DNA of 64,000 bases, taken from NCBI RefSeq assembly GCF_004010195.1, contig NC_057754.1, forward strand, positions 11,749,609 through 11,813,608, read 5' to 3'. Positions within the stretch are counted from its first letter, which is position 1; every line of letters starts with the position of its first letter. Below the pieces are notes generated by a model. It did not search any database, was not told where the DNA came from, and saw only the letters and a list, made by a program, of their open reading frames with translations. This stretch comes from Chiloscyllium plagiosum. Its lineage: Eukaryota. Made by a program: the position numbers and the translations under genes. Of this stretch, positions 13,015-25,874 are shown piece after piece.

Positions 13015-14772
13015 GAGCAAAAACAGTAACTAGGGAGAGAGTAGAGCCCCTTAAAGATCAACAAGGCCGAGTACGTGTGGAACCGCAGGAGATGGGGGAG
13101 ATACTAAAAGAGTATTTTGCATCAGCAATTACTGTGAAGAAGGATATGGAAGACGGAGAACTGAGGAAATAAATAGCAACATCTTGAAAAATATTGCAGA
13201 GGGGAAGGTGTTGGACACCATAAAAGTGGATAAGTCCCCTGGATCTGATCAGGTGTACTCGATGACGTTGTGGGAAACTAAGGAAGAGATTTCTCGGCCT
13301 CTTGTTGAGATACTTGTATCATCGATAGCCATGGGTGAGGTGCCAGAAGACTGAAAGTTGGCTAACACAATGTCACTATTTAGGAAAGGCTGTAAGGAAA
13401 AGCCAGGGAATTGTAGACTGATGAGCCCAACATTAGTGTTGAGAATGTTGTTGGAGGGGATCCTGAGGGACAGGATTTACATGTATTTTGAAACGCAAGG
13501 GCTGATTAGGGATAGTTAACATGGTTTTGTGCATGGGCAATCGTGTCTCACGAACTTTATTGCCTTTTTTGAAGAAGTATTGAAGAGGATTGATGAAGGC
13601 AGAGCTGTGAACGTGATATGTATGGATTTTATTAAGGCATTCAACAAGGTATCTTACGGTAGACTGATTAGCAAGATTAAATGACATGGAATACAGGGAG
13701 AACTAGCCATCTTGACAGAGAGCTAGTGCAAAGGTCGAAGACGGAGGGTGGTGGTAGACAGTTGCTCTTCAGTCTGGAGGCCTGTGACCAGTGGTGTGCC
13801 ACAATAATTTGTGCTGGGTTCACTATTTGTCATCATTTATATAGATGATTTGGATATGAACATAGGAGATTTAGTTAGTAAGTTTGTAAGTGACACCAAA
13901 TTTTACAACGAGTGAAATGGGATCTTGATCAGTTAGGCCAGTTGACCGAGGGGTGGCAATTTGACTTTAATTTAGTTACATGTGAGGTGCTGCCTTTTGG
14001 AAAAAGCAAATCAGAGCAGGACTTATATATTTAATGGTATTCTCCTGGTAAGTGTTGTTGAAGAAAGAGACTCTGGAGTGCTGGTTCATAGTTCCTTGAA
14101 AGTGGAGTCGCAGGTAGATAGGATAATGATGAAGGCGTTTGGTATGCTTTCCTTTATTGTTCAATGCATTGAGTGTAAGAGTTGAGAGGTTATAGTGCAG
14201 CTGAGTGGGACATCGATTAGGCCACCTTTGGAATATTGCATTCAGTCTGATCTCCCCACTATCGGAAAAATATTGCAAAACTTGAACGGGGTCAGGAAAG
14301 AGTTACACGTATGTTGTCAGAACTGGAGTTTTTCAGCTACAGGAAGATGCTGAATAGGCTGGGTCTATTTTCCCTGGAGCATCGGATACTGAGGAGTGTC
14401 CTTATAGAGGTTAATAAAATCATGAGAGGCATGGACAGGTGAGTAGCTTAGGTCTTTTCCCCAGTGTGGAGTGCCTAAACCTAGAGGTAATAGGTGTAAG
14501 GTGAGAATGGAAAAATTTACAAGTGACTTAAGGTCAACATATTCATGCAGAGTGTGATCCATGTGTGGAACTAACTGCCAGAGGAAGTGACGGAGCCTGG
14601 TGCAATTAGAACATTTAAAATGACCTGGACGGGTACATGAATAAAGAAGATTTGAAGGGATATGGGCCAAATGCTGGTAAATCGGACTAGATTGATTTAG
14701 AATATCTGTTTGGCATGGACTTGCTGGACAGAAGATCTGCTTTCGTGCTGAATAGCCTTATGACTCTATGAC
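13015..14772 (+). mobile_element. CR1 LINE 3' half, decayed
   Basis: RERVEPLKDQQGR...EYFAS, QHGF/SCL motif, VESQVDR..KAFGML.FI; ends in a (ctatga)-type tail. Confidence 0.9.
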
Positions 14773-16599
14773 TATTGCTCTAGCGCTCTAACCTTCATCA
14801 CCGTAAATCCTCAAAATTGCTGAAACCTCTTCTCATCACGACAATCTTTCAAATTTATTCCAGTGCTGATTTCCCTCCTATCTCTGTAACTTCCCCAAGT
14901 GCCCTCTGGGGAATGTTTGAGCGGTAGGAAAGTTTGTAGAACATGAATCATGTTAAGAAAGTAGGAATGGTTTCAGAAAATGGAGTATGATGCAAAAATC
15001 GGAAAAGACGTGGATACTTGCAGGATGTGAGAGAAAGGAAGAAGTATTGAACCTGTAGCATGGTACCAAGGTAGAAGTAGTTGTGGAACCTAAAAGACAT
15101 AACAATTTGAATTGTGGATTTTACTGAGTGGACCATGGCATTCCAAAGCAAAATGGTTTGTATCTGCAAATGCACAATTCTGGCATTTTGCTGAGCTGAT
15201 CTTTAGAGCTCATTAAGAACCTGAGCACAGCTTTAGATTGCCAGGCTTTAAGATGTGAGTTCAGATGTGAATCTATTTGCCCATTCTGTCTGTGTGCCTG
15301 AAACTGACCTGGTGCTTTTCTCCATACTTCTGGTCACCTCCCGATCAACCTGACTGACCAGAGCTCATCTCAACAAAGACTTCATTTGGAATTTTTTGAA
15401 CATTAATTTTTAACTGGTTGTTTTGTGAGAGCAAGAACTGCTTTCTAATGGGAGTGAATGAAAGCTTTACCGTTGACCCTGACGCATACAGTGCAGTTTC
15501 ACGGATCATGTTATTTTCTACAGACTGTCGTTAATAGAATTATACAATTGGACGTCTGGGTGCAGATTTTGTTTGCTTGGTAGCGTTAGTCACCATGTGA
15601 ATTTAATAGGTCATATCTCAAGATCTCTGCTTGGTGACAGTAATTCTGGGTAGTCTGCAAAAGTGTCAATAAGTATCGAATGGTATCTCACTGGTTCAGA
15701 GATTAAAACAATGGGACCTGAGCATCAAGAGCTGGGAAACCTCATGCTCCTTGTATGTGGGGCTGGGCATCAAACTGAATGAGAGCAGCTTATTGAAAAA
15801 AAATGACGGGTATGGTGCTTGGGATCTTCCTGTTTTGTGTGACCCAGTGTCAATTAATATCTATCCGTCATTCAGTGAGCATGTTATGTTCTCCAGTCCC
15901 TACAGTGCACCCTCATGATAAACACTAACAGCTGCTGAACGTCTCCCCTCTCTCTAACCATCTCCAGACATACAACTTGGCCTTTGTCTGTTATCTCCTG
16001 CTGACTCAAATGATATCGCTCCTTGTCATCTCGTCAAATTACTATAGGTTATGTGGAAACAAATGAGAAGTAGGAGTGTGTCATTCAGAACAATTAATCT
16101 CCCCTTCTCCATCTTATATGGGAGACCTCCTTTTCAAACTTATTCTTCAGTCTCTACAATTCTCGTTCTCTGTCTCCAGCATTTCCAATCCTCCTGATCC
16201 ATGTAAGGTTATTGATCTTTTGCAGCAGTTTCAATGCCTGTACCAGTCTCCAACCCCTCAATACGTTCTGTCCCTCAAATCTCCTCACTATCTTTGTAAT
16301 ATCTTCCAGAATCTGCAACACGCTCAATTTCTGTACCCTCCTCTAGAAAAGCACTCCACATTTTTGTGTTACTGATGGGGATATGGCAAACCTGCCTTCA
16401 CAGGCTAAGCTAACTGAATTGAATTGAATTGAATTGAACCATTTCTTGAATTGAATCATTTAATGTCATGTGTATTCAATATAAAATACAGAGTAATGTG
16501 TGTACCATTGACGTACAGGTTAAATTAACTTATTAAATAATAAAAAGTAAACAAAAATAACTTCATGGGCATCCAACATTTCCGTCTCCATGGATGCAG

Positions 16600-17130
16600 T
16601 CCTGCTTTGACCTACACCAGCTCATGCCATTGCTATCGCCAGGGATCTGTTCTGCTGTTCCAAGCCCAGGCCTTGCCACAATCAGAATCCGGCTCTGGGT
16701 TGCACCAGCCCAGGCCCTGCTGCTGCCAGAATCCCACTCTGGGCTACACCTGCACACGCCATGCCATTGTCAGAATCCTGCACTGGGCTGAATCAGCCCA
16801 GGCCTTGCTGCTGCCAGAATCCTGCTCTGGGCTACACCAGCACAGGCCATGCTGCTGCCAGAATCCCACTTTGGGCCACACCAGCACACACCATACCACC
16901 ACCACAGTCCCACTCTGGACTACACTGGCATGTGCCATTCTACTGCCAGAATCCTCTGAACTACACCCGGATACATTATGCTACTGCCAGAATCCTTCTC
17001 CAGGCTACACCAGCCCAGGCCATGCTGCCCCCAAAATTCCACTCTAAACTACACAGGCACATGCCATGCCACAGCCAGAATCCTGCTCTGGGATACATCA
17101 GCTCAGGCCATGTTGTCACCAGAATCCATT
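16600..17130. repeat. 44-bp minisatellite, about 12 diverged copies
   Basis: Unit approximately ccagaatcccactctgggctacaccagcccaggccatgctgctg. It explains the CCCQNP / ALLLPES ORFs seen in several frames. Confidence 0.92.
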
Positions 17131-18199
17131 GGCCAACCACCTCTGTAGTCACGCTGCCTTTGAAAACACTGGAACCCATCAAAGCCATCTTCCTAAGTTC
17201 ATGCGATCTCCAAGTTTGGGTGAAAACTAAACAAAAATAAGCAAAGAAACTGGGGACAAGAAAAATAAAACAAGAAATCTCTGAACTCCTGCAGCCCTAC
17301 GACTTTCAGTGTCTCTAGCTCCTCCAATCCCTACAATTCTCTCTGCTCTGTGAACTGATCCAGCTCCTTCTAACGAGTAAGCTACATAAGTAAGCTCGTT
17401 TTCCCACTAGCATCCCTACCTATTTAAACTCCAGTCCCTGCAACCCTCCCTATCTCTGTAACCCCTTCATTACTGATAGCCCAGAATGACATGTTTAGTG
17501 CCAACAAGCTACCTGATCACTGACCACCTTCAGTGATCTTAAATCTCCCCAACTCTAACATCCTCCAATCTCTACAACCCCCCCTTTCTCTATAAGCTTC
17601 CCTTGTGCCTGAATTTCTCCCCAGCTATATAAACTCTAGCATGAGTACCCTCCCATGCCTCTTGTTTTTAGCCAATCCAGCAATCCTCGATTTCTTGGAT
17701 GCATTTTACAGATCCTACAGATATCGCTGTACCTGGAACTTTCTTCTGACCTGTATCATCTTTCTCTCTCGACGGTTCTCCATCTCATACTTTCTGTCCC
17801 TACACTTGCAATAATCTCCAGATGCAACAACTATCCTTCAATGTGCAGTATTCTCAATTTTCCCTGAATGTCTGTCAGCATATCACTCACCACCCCAAAG
17901 CACTTTTCAACCACGAACAGTCTCCAACAAATGAAATGATCTGTAACTCTGTAGCATCTTCCAGTCCCTGAATACCTACCTCTGTAACTTCTACCCATCC
18001 CTTTAACCCCACTCTCACCGAAACTCTCCTTGCATTTGCAACAAGGCAGATGGAATGACAATACAAACTGAAGTGAATATGGCTACAGAATGATCATGCC
18101 TAGGATGTGTGGCTACAGAATGATCATGCCTAGGAATTGAGTTTATGGACAGTGAATCATAATATTGTGGAAACAATTGTTGAGTTTGACGATTGTTAA

Positions 18200-19990
18200 G
18201 AGCATGACATGGGGCAGAAGAAGGCTTTTTGGCCCATTGAATATGATCACGACTGATCTGATATTCCTCAGCTTGTCTTTCCTGCCTTTCCCACAAAGCC
18301 ATGACTCCCTGATTGAAAATCTGACCATCTCTGCTTAATAATCCAACTGCAAAAGCCTATGTTGTTTAAAAAAAAATGTGTTCTCTACCATCTGAGTGAA
18401 GAAATTCCTCCTTATATCCTGAATGAGTGAGCCCTTACTATGATTTTATGCCGTCCGATTTCAGGTGCTCACGCAAGGGGAATCAACTTCTTAGCAGCTA
18501 CGCTGCATAAACCCCAAAGAATCTTTGATACATCAATAAATTCATCTCATTATTCTAAATTCGAAGGGTTCAAGTTCAATCTTCTCCACCTTTTCTTATG
18601 AAAATCCCTCCATACAGAGGATCAACCGAGTGGATCTTTTCTGGACTGCATTTATTACATTTATTCTCTCTAGATAGGGAACTAACCTTGTTCACAATAC
18701 ACTCGATGTGAGCAGAGTAGTGCCTTCTACAGTTTTTTCAAGATATCCCTATTTCCTCTAAAATAAATATCAGCATTCAATTTGCCTTCTCTATGACCTG
18801 CTGCATGCAAACTTTCTGAGATTTATATACAAGGACTCCCAAGTTACTCTGTGTTACAGCTTTCTGCAGTCAATGTGAGACCAAGCTGTAACGGCAACAA
18901 TCAGGAAAGTACTTCATTGTATGACAAACAACATACCAGAAATGATAACTGCGCACTTAGAAATCATTAGAATAATTGTACTCCATAAGTTAGAGAAGTA
19001 GAATTAGGTCATTTGGTCTATTGAGTCTGCTCCCCCATTCGATTATACCTTACAGGTTTCTCAAATCCATTCTGTTGCCTTCTCCCCTGAACCCTTGATC
19101 CGTTTACTCATCAAGAATCTATCTATTTCGGTCTTCAATTCACTCAATGACTTGGGCTTTGCAGACTTCTACGGTAATGTGTCCCACAGATTCACCATCC
19201 ACTGGCTGAAGAAATTGCTCCACATCTCAGATTTAAAGGGTCATCCCATCACTGTAATGCGGTTACCTTGGGTTCTTGTCTCTCCAACCAGCAGAAACAT
19301 CTTCTGTACTTCCACTCTACCCAGACCCCTCAGTATTCTTAAAGTTTGAATACGAGTAAGTCTCATCCTTCTTAACTTCGAATACAGACTCAGAGTCCTC
19401 AACTGATCTTTGTATAACAAGCACTTCATCCTGGGATCTTTCTTGTAAATGACTCCCGTATCCCCTCCAAGCTCCTTCTTTCCTCAGATGCAGGGCCCAA
19501 ATCAGCTCACAATATTTCAAATGCTCAGCAGTGCATTTTCCCTCTTGTATGAGAACCCTCTTGAAACAAATGCAAACATTTCTTTTACCTTCTTGAGTCA
19601 AGTTGAATATGCATGTTAACCTGAAGAGAATCCTGAATTAGGATTCCAAAGTCCCTATGTGCTTCAGATCTTTTCCCCCATTTAGAAAATAGTTTGTACC
19701 TCTATTCTTCTGACCAAAGTGCATAACCTCATAATTTTCCACATTGCATTCCATCCGTCATTTATTTGTCCAATCTACAGCCTGTCTTTCTACAGCCTTA
19801 CCTGTTAATCAACACAATGTGTTCCTCAACCTTTCTTTGCAGGTGACACAACTTAGCAACAAAGCCCTCAGTTCCTTCATCCAGATTGTTAACATATAAT
19901 GTGTACAGTTGTGTTCTCAAAACTAAGCCCTGGGAAAATCTATTGTCACTAGCTGCCTTTATACCCACTCTGATTTCTGCCAATCAGCCT
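18200..19990 (-). mobile_element. Two adjacent old CR1-group LINE 3' fragments
   Basis: Typical 3' tails at about 18200-18300 and 18990-19100. ORFs read ILRGLGRVEVQKMFLLVGETRT.G and YVNNLDEGTEG.VAK. Confidence 0.75.
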
Positions 19991-19994
19991 ATCC

Positions 19995-20760
19995 CCCAAC
20001 ATTCCCTCCCAACCCATTAAAAACAGATTTACCCCTGTGCTCACCCACCACCCACCAGTCTCTGCATCCAACACATCATGCTTAAACACTTCCGCCCACT
20101 CAAACTATACCCTGCCACCAAGAACATCTTCCCCTCCCAACCCCTCTCTGCCTTCCACAAGGATCGTTCCCTTCAACAGTCCTTGGTTTACGCCACTCTC
20201 CCCAACAACTGCCAACAATCCCCAGCTACCGTTCCTTGCAACCGGAAAGAATACAAAATCTGGTGATACACTGTCCCCCTCACCTCCATGCAGGGCCCCA
20301 AACCGTCCTTCCAGTTGAGACAGAGACTGCCTCTCTTCCAACCTAGCTTACTGGATCAGGTACTCCCGATGTGGTTTTCTCTACATCGGGGAGACTGAAT
20401 GCAAACTTCGACAACAGTTCACTGAGCATCACAGATGAGCCTGCGATGGCCGACCAGATCTCTTAATCATCACGCCTTTCAATTCCCCTAACCACTTCCT
20501 ATCTGACATGACCATCCTTAGCCTCCTCCACTTCCAAAATGAGCCAAAGTGCAAATTGAAGGAACAATGCCTCATCTTCCGTCTGGGCAGCCTACATTGA
20601 GTTCTCCAATCTCAAATAACCTCCCTCCCATCCATCAACTCCTTTCCCAGTCCCTCCCCATCCCTTCCACTTCTCCCTGCCATCAATCGGAGTCATTTCT
20701 CCCATTGACCAATCAGGTCATGCCCTCTACCAGCCTTCATCTATCCCCACTTTACCACCC
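19995..20760 (+). mobile_element. Old Penelope-like fragment (linker and GIY-YIG endonuclease)
   Basis: IFPSQPLSAFHKDRSLQQSLV...PCNRK; SRCGFLYIGET-like at about 20360-20400; KLKEQCLIFRLGSL at about 20550-20595. Confidence 0.82.
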
Positions 20761-22495
20761 TACGATTGGAGCTAATGTATTGGCATGGATTGAGAATTCT
20801 TCAACAGACTGAAAACTAAATGGTAATAAATGGATTTGTTACTTTACCAATAACTAATCACCAATTGGTTCTCTAAGTTTGATACATGGACAAAATCTAT
20901 TATTTCCATGCCAGTTGATGACTCAAAACTGGATAAGACTGTGTAATGCAAGAAGGAAGCAAAGAGGACATGAACATGTGAGTTTCTCTTTCAAAAAAAA
21001 ATATTTATGGGATGTGGCCAACAGTGGTCAGGCCATCAGTTAGTTCCCACCTCTAATTGCCTGGAGAAATTCGTGGAGAGCTGCCTTCCTGATCACAGCA
21101 ATCCTTTGGGTGCAGGGGCAGTCACAGTGCTGGGAGAATGGAGCATGGCTTGGAGGTGACTTATTGTTCCCGTGTTCCCGTGCACCTGTAGCTCCTGTCT
21201 TTCCAGATTATAGTTGTTACAAGTTCGTGAAGTGCTCTTGAAAGAGCCTTTCTGAGTGACCTCAGTTTTGCTTGGAAATCTTTTTTATTTGTTCATGGGA
21301 TGTGGCCAGCATTTAGTGTTGATTTTGAGTTGTCCCTGAGAAGGTGGTGATGAGTTGCCTTCTTGGGCCAACTTACCAGCCTTCAAAACGTTGTTATCTG
21401 TGTAGTGTCCAGCAGTCGGTGCAACACTTCTCATGTCCATAACTGCATGCAGAAAATGCCACTCTCACTGTACATGTGACATCTTCCTTTATCTACAGTT
21501 TCAATAGTTCCTCACAATATCCCATGTCCTTCATTCCCTTCTGCGTTATTGATCTCCCAAACCTACTTAGACATGTTTAAAATTCCTTTGAAATCACTCA
21601 GTATCAGTAATTCTCCACCATTTTACCCAATTGTAGCATATGTTGCCGTGCTTAAATCTCTATGAATTGCAGTGACTGCATGCGTTAAATTGCCACTTTT
21701 CACCTTCCTTATCTGTGTTACAGCTTCCAGTGCCTACAATGTCCTATTTTGACCATCTAATTAATTGCTGACCAGTGCTCCCATTGTCAGTACCTCTTCA
21801 AGTCCTGAGGGCCCTTGAACACCAGCAGCCTCCACAGTGTTCTCAAAACCTTTACTCCCTATAGTCACTGCAAGTCTTTTAAAGATGAAACATCCAATAA
21901 ACTCCAGGACCTACAATACTCACTGGTTATCACTTTGCATTTTGTTCAAGTGTTCATACCTCTGTTAGCAGCTCACAAAAAGCCATTTAGACTCTACAAA
22001 GCTCCAGCACGAACAAGCCATCATCTCTTCATTTCTTTTGTCTTCTTCAGTGTCTCCTTGTGTCTTCCAGAAAACTCATTCAGCTGTGCGGCTCTCCCTA
22101 GTTCTCCAGATCACTTGTTTCATCCCCCACAGCGCTCTCAATAACGTAACATCCTCTGACCCTTCTAATCCTACTCCTACTTTCTACTCTCTTCCAGGCG
22201 CAACAGTGAACCTGTGAGGCCAATGTGCAGAATAGGACATTAAAAAATCTCAACTGCAGCTTATGGACTACCATTACCTGGCGGTCGCAACGCCAGAGAA
22301 CATGTGAGTGATCAAAACAGAATAGGGGAATGTAAATTGGCAGCGAGACTCGAAGCTGACTTGCAGTTGGAATTGTAGATGCAGCAGAGCAGAAGGCATG
22401 GTGGGAAAACATGTGGTAAAAGAGGCTAAGCCAGTGGCATTAGAGCAAGTAGTAGAGGAGACCCACCAAGAGAAGTCGAGGAGCTGCAGGAGAGT

Positions 22496-23203
22496 TGTTA
22501 CTACACACCAATCTGCTAGTTTAAACAAGCAACACAGGAAACATTCTCCCGGTGCTGTAATCTGTTAAAAGTCAAGAGGCAAAGAACTGTCCCAAAGGTC
22601 ACAAAAGTAAAAATTAATAACTTTATTCTTTAAGTACCACAGAGAATATTAAAACCAAAATGTATTTACAACTCCTTTGTCTTAAAACCTATCTTTTACC
22701 TCCCACACTACAAAAAAAACTCCGACTAGGATCTACAGAAAAAAAAAAATCATGTTTCAAAACCAGGCAGCTTTACTGATTCTCCTATGTAGATTTTCCT
22801 CTGTCGATTCTATCTAGATTCGCCTCGATCTTCTGATCTGCACTTCCCACAGACAGGTACCTTTCAGACAGCTCTTCAGCTAGCAGTCTACATTCTTTGG
22901 TGTTTGGCAGTTCCCTACCTAACTGTTTAAAATGTCAGGTGTTATACCCCCAAACATCAGATCGTTTCACTGGTTTTAATATTATCAAAATACTAAATTC
23001 AAATTTGATTGGACTCTGGTGTCTTGGGGCATAATTTAAACTGATTGCCCAAATTTGGATTTGTTTTTGTTTCATGGCATCCCATCTGCTGTTACCTGTT
23101 TCGACCAAATGTTACATTGTTACCTTGTTACTCTCTGTGCTTTGTCAGTCCTTGCCAGCTTTACAACTCTCTTAAAGATACAGTATACCTCTACATCTTG
23201 ACA
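22496..23203 (-). mobile_element. Solo LTR of Gypsy family B
   Basis: TG...CA termini. The reverse complement aligns with the LTR at 25875-26791 (e.g. aatcagtttaaattat...ttgaattta). No TSD seen. Confidence 0.72.
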
Positions 23204-23234
23204 ATTGAATGCACAGCCTAGGCAGGGCTAGGTA

Positions 23235-23542
23235 AGATGAGATTACTTACAGTGTGGAAACAGGCCCTTCGGCCCAACAAGTCCACACCGACCCGCCGAA
23301 GCGTAACCCACCCATTCCCATACATTTACCCCTTTACCTAACACTCCAGGCAATTTAGCACGGCCAATTCACCTGACCTGCACATCTTTGGACTGTGGGA
23401 GGAAACCGGAGCACCCGGAGGAAACCCACGCAGACACGGGGAGAATGTGCAAACTCCACACAGTCAGTCGCCTGAGTCGGGAATTGAACCCGGGTCTCTG
23501 GCGCTGTGAGGCAGCAGTGCTAACCACTGTGCCACCGTGCCG
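23235..23542 (-). mobile_element. tRNA-derived V-SINE (HE1-like), full length
   Basis: On the minus strand: box A TGGCACAGTGG, box B GGTTCAATTCC, V-domain gtgtctgcgtgggtttcctccgggtgctccggtttcctcccaca, and a CR1-like 3' tail. Confidence 0.93.
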
Positions 23543-23544
23543 TA

Positions 23545-25874
23545 AGGAGTTAGTGCCGGATCTCTGTACAGACTTCACTTCTATGAGTAAAGTTTACTCA
23601 GAAAGAACAAAGGGAGAAGGGAAAGAAGTTATAATTTTGAGTGATATGGGATCTGTAAAGTCTCTAATAGTACGAGATAAACATATTTGCACTTGTTCTA
23701 ACTCGTGGGCGAGATTGACTAAAAGAGTAGTGTTCCCCTGTGTAAGATCAAGTTGGAGTGCCACCTCAAGACTGGGAAAGTAACAGTGGAAGTGATTGAC
23801 AGCGTGTCTGTTCCAAGAATAGTTTGTTTTTGGGAACGATTTCGCAGGATCCAAGAGGGGAGTGGCCCCGTTGTTGTGAAGAAGCCAAAGGGAGATCAGG
23901 AAACAGGGGACTTAAAAGAGAAATGCCCTGGAATATTTCCAGACTGTGTAGTAAGAAGATCCCACTATCATAAGTTGCAGCACGAAGCAAAAACTAAAGA
24001 GAAAGGGGAAGGACTTCATTTAGCGGACTCCCTGTTTGAGGTAATTGTGCAAGGAAAACCTGCACAGGAAGGTGATTAGGCAAAGCTATTTAGTCCTGAA
24101 AGGTTAATGGACTTACAACAGAATGACGAGACAATAGGAGATACATATGTTGATGCATTCTCAGAAAATAAATCAGAAAGTATGCCTAAGCATTATTATC
24201 TTAAACTTAGAATCCTAAAATGAAAATGGAAACCAAAGCGGGTTAGTGCAGAGGAGAAATGGATGGAAGACTGTGTTGCCAGTTGTATTCAGTCAGGACG
24301 CTACGGGTAGCACATGAATTAGTAATAGGAGGTCACATAGGTGTAAGGAAGACTCAGGCTGAGGGACAAAAACATTTCTATTAACCTGAACTGCACAAAG
24401 ATGTGGGTAAATTTTGTCATGGATGGTATACAAATGGTAGGGAAGCCACAGATGGAATAATAAAACCAGAACTTTTTTGTTGCCAATTCCTGCATTCATG
24501 CATGTTATAAATGATTGTGTAGATCTCCTCCCTGAAATTAGAAGTTGGAACTAATAATTGCTATCCATAATGGGTGTGCCGACCAGATCTCCGGAGGCAA
24601 TTTCATTATGGTGTATTAAGGTCGAAAAGGTGGTGGAGGAGTCAATAGCTTTCTTCACGTGGTTTAGGCTACCTGGAGAGATTCAGTCGGACCAAGTTCT
24701 AATTTTACAGCTCGGCTATTTAAAGAAGTCATAAATAGCTTAGGCACATGGCACTGTAAGTCAAATGCGTACTATCCTGAATCCCAGGGATCTTTAGAAA
24801 GATGGCATCCGATCATAAATACCACGTTAAGCGCGTACTGTCGGAATTACCCAAATGATTGGGATAAAGATATCTCATTCGTATTGTTTGCCATTAGAGA
24901 TGCACCAAAAAAAAACTACTCGGTTTACTCCGTTTGAGTTAATATTCAGACATGAAATGAGAGGGCCTTTGAAATTAATTACATAGAAATTGAGATGATC
25001 GAAATTGGAGATCACACACTTGGATTACATATTGGAGGTGAAGGAGAGATTAAGTCGGGTAGGTGAGTTAGCTAAAAAGCACCTGAAAAGGGCACAACAT
25101 AGAATGGAGCAGGTGGCAGATAAAAACTCTTAACATTAGGACGTTATCCCGTGGGATGACATATTCGTATTGTAATCAGTGACAGGAGATCCCTTCAAAG
25201 CCAGGTTTACTGATCCCTATCAAATTAAGAAAAATGTATATCAAGTAAACTCTCTCGTGAAGGTGCTGGATAGGACAAAAAAGTATTACGAATGTCACGT
25301 GAACATGTTGAAACCTTACTATAATAGAGAGAGGGAACTGGAAATTTCAATTGATGCTAGCGATATAAAGTCGGAGCTGTACTGCTACAGGAAAATGATG
25401 ATGGAATTGAATGACCAATTCGTTACTTTTCAAGGAAACTCGACAACCACCAGAGAAAATACTCTACCATCGAAAAATAATTATTGAGTTTGGTACTGTT
25501 CTTACAACATCTTAATGTTTATATGATGAGCAATGAGTTGGAGATAGTTATGTACATTGCCCACAATCCTCTTACGTTCTTGGAACGACTTAAAGACAAA
25601 AATAAGAGACTATTTTATTGGAATCTTATGTTACAGACTTTTAATTCACAAATCGTGCATGTTGTGGATCATAAAAATGTGATAGCAGATATGTTATCGC
25701 GGATTTAACAGAAAAAGTACAGATACGATTGAGCACATTCCAATGTTTTAAGCAGAAATTAATATGAATTTAGATTAATAATCTATGTATTTCATTGCAA
25801 TGGGATTAAGAATTAAAAAAGGAACGAAGCTACCTTTTAGTTACGATTGTTTATTTTTTTCTAAAGGGGCGAGG
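23545..25874 (+). mobile_element. pol: Gmr1-type Gypsy element B internal region (protease-integrase-[RT deleted]-RNase H tail), decayed
   Basis: VIILSDMGS (decayed DTGS protease), GGHIGVRKTQA, GLP.EIQSDQ.SNFT, PESQGSLERWH, PFKARFTDPYQI...CHVNMLKPY, then HNPLTFL...NKRL..W.L.LQ.F...I.HV...KNVIAD.LSRI. PPT aaaggggcgagg ends at 25874. Confidence 0.9.

Noticed and set aside
16563..17240. Cys-rich CCCQNP ORFs resembling keratin-associated proteins or metallothioneins
   Set aside because: The 44-bp unit is not a multiple of three, so the same peptides cycle through all frames. This is a minisatellite artefact.
18080..18135. 30-bp-period local tandem duplication (tggctacagaatgatcatgcctagga twice)
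   Set aside because: Real, but an ordinary slippage-type duplication with no sign of function.
22160..22310. Exon-like segment with a strong acceptor (ctactctcttccag) and gtgagt donor on the plus strand
   Set aside because: All three frames contain stops and I recognise no homology. At most it is a non-coding or dead exon.
23470..23542. tRNA gene (also at 29975-30045)
   Set aside because: The A/B boxes are the head of a V-SINE and continue directly into the SINE body and tail.
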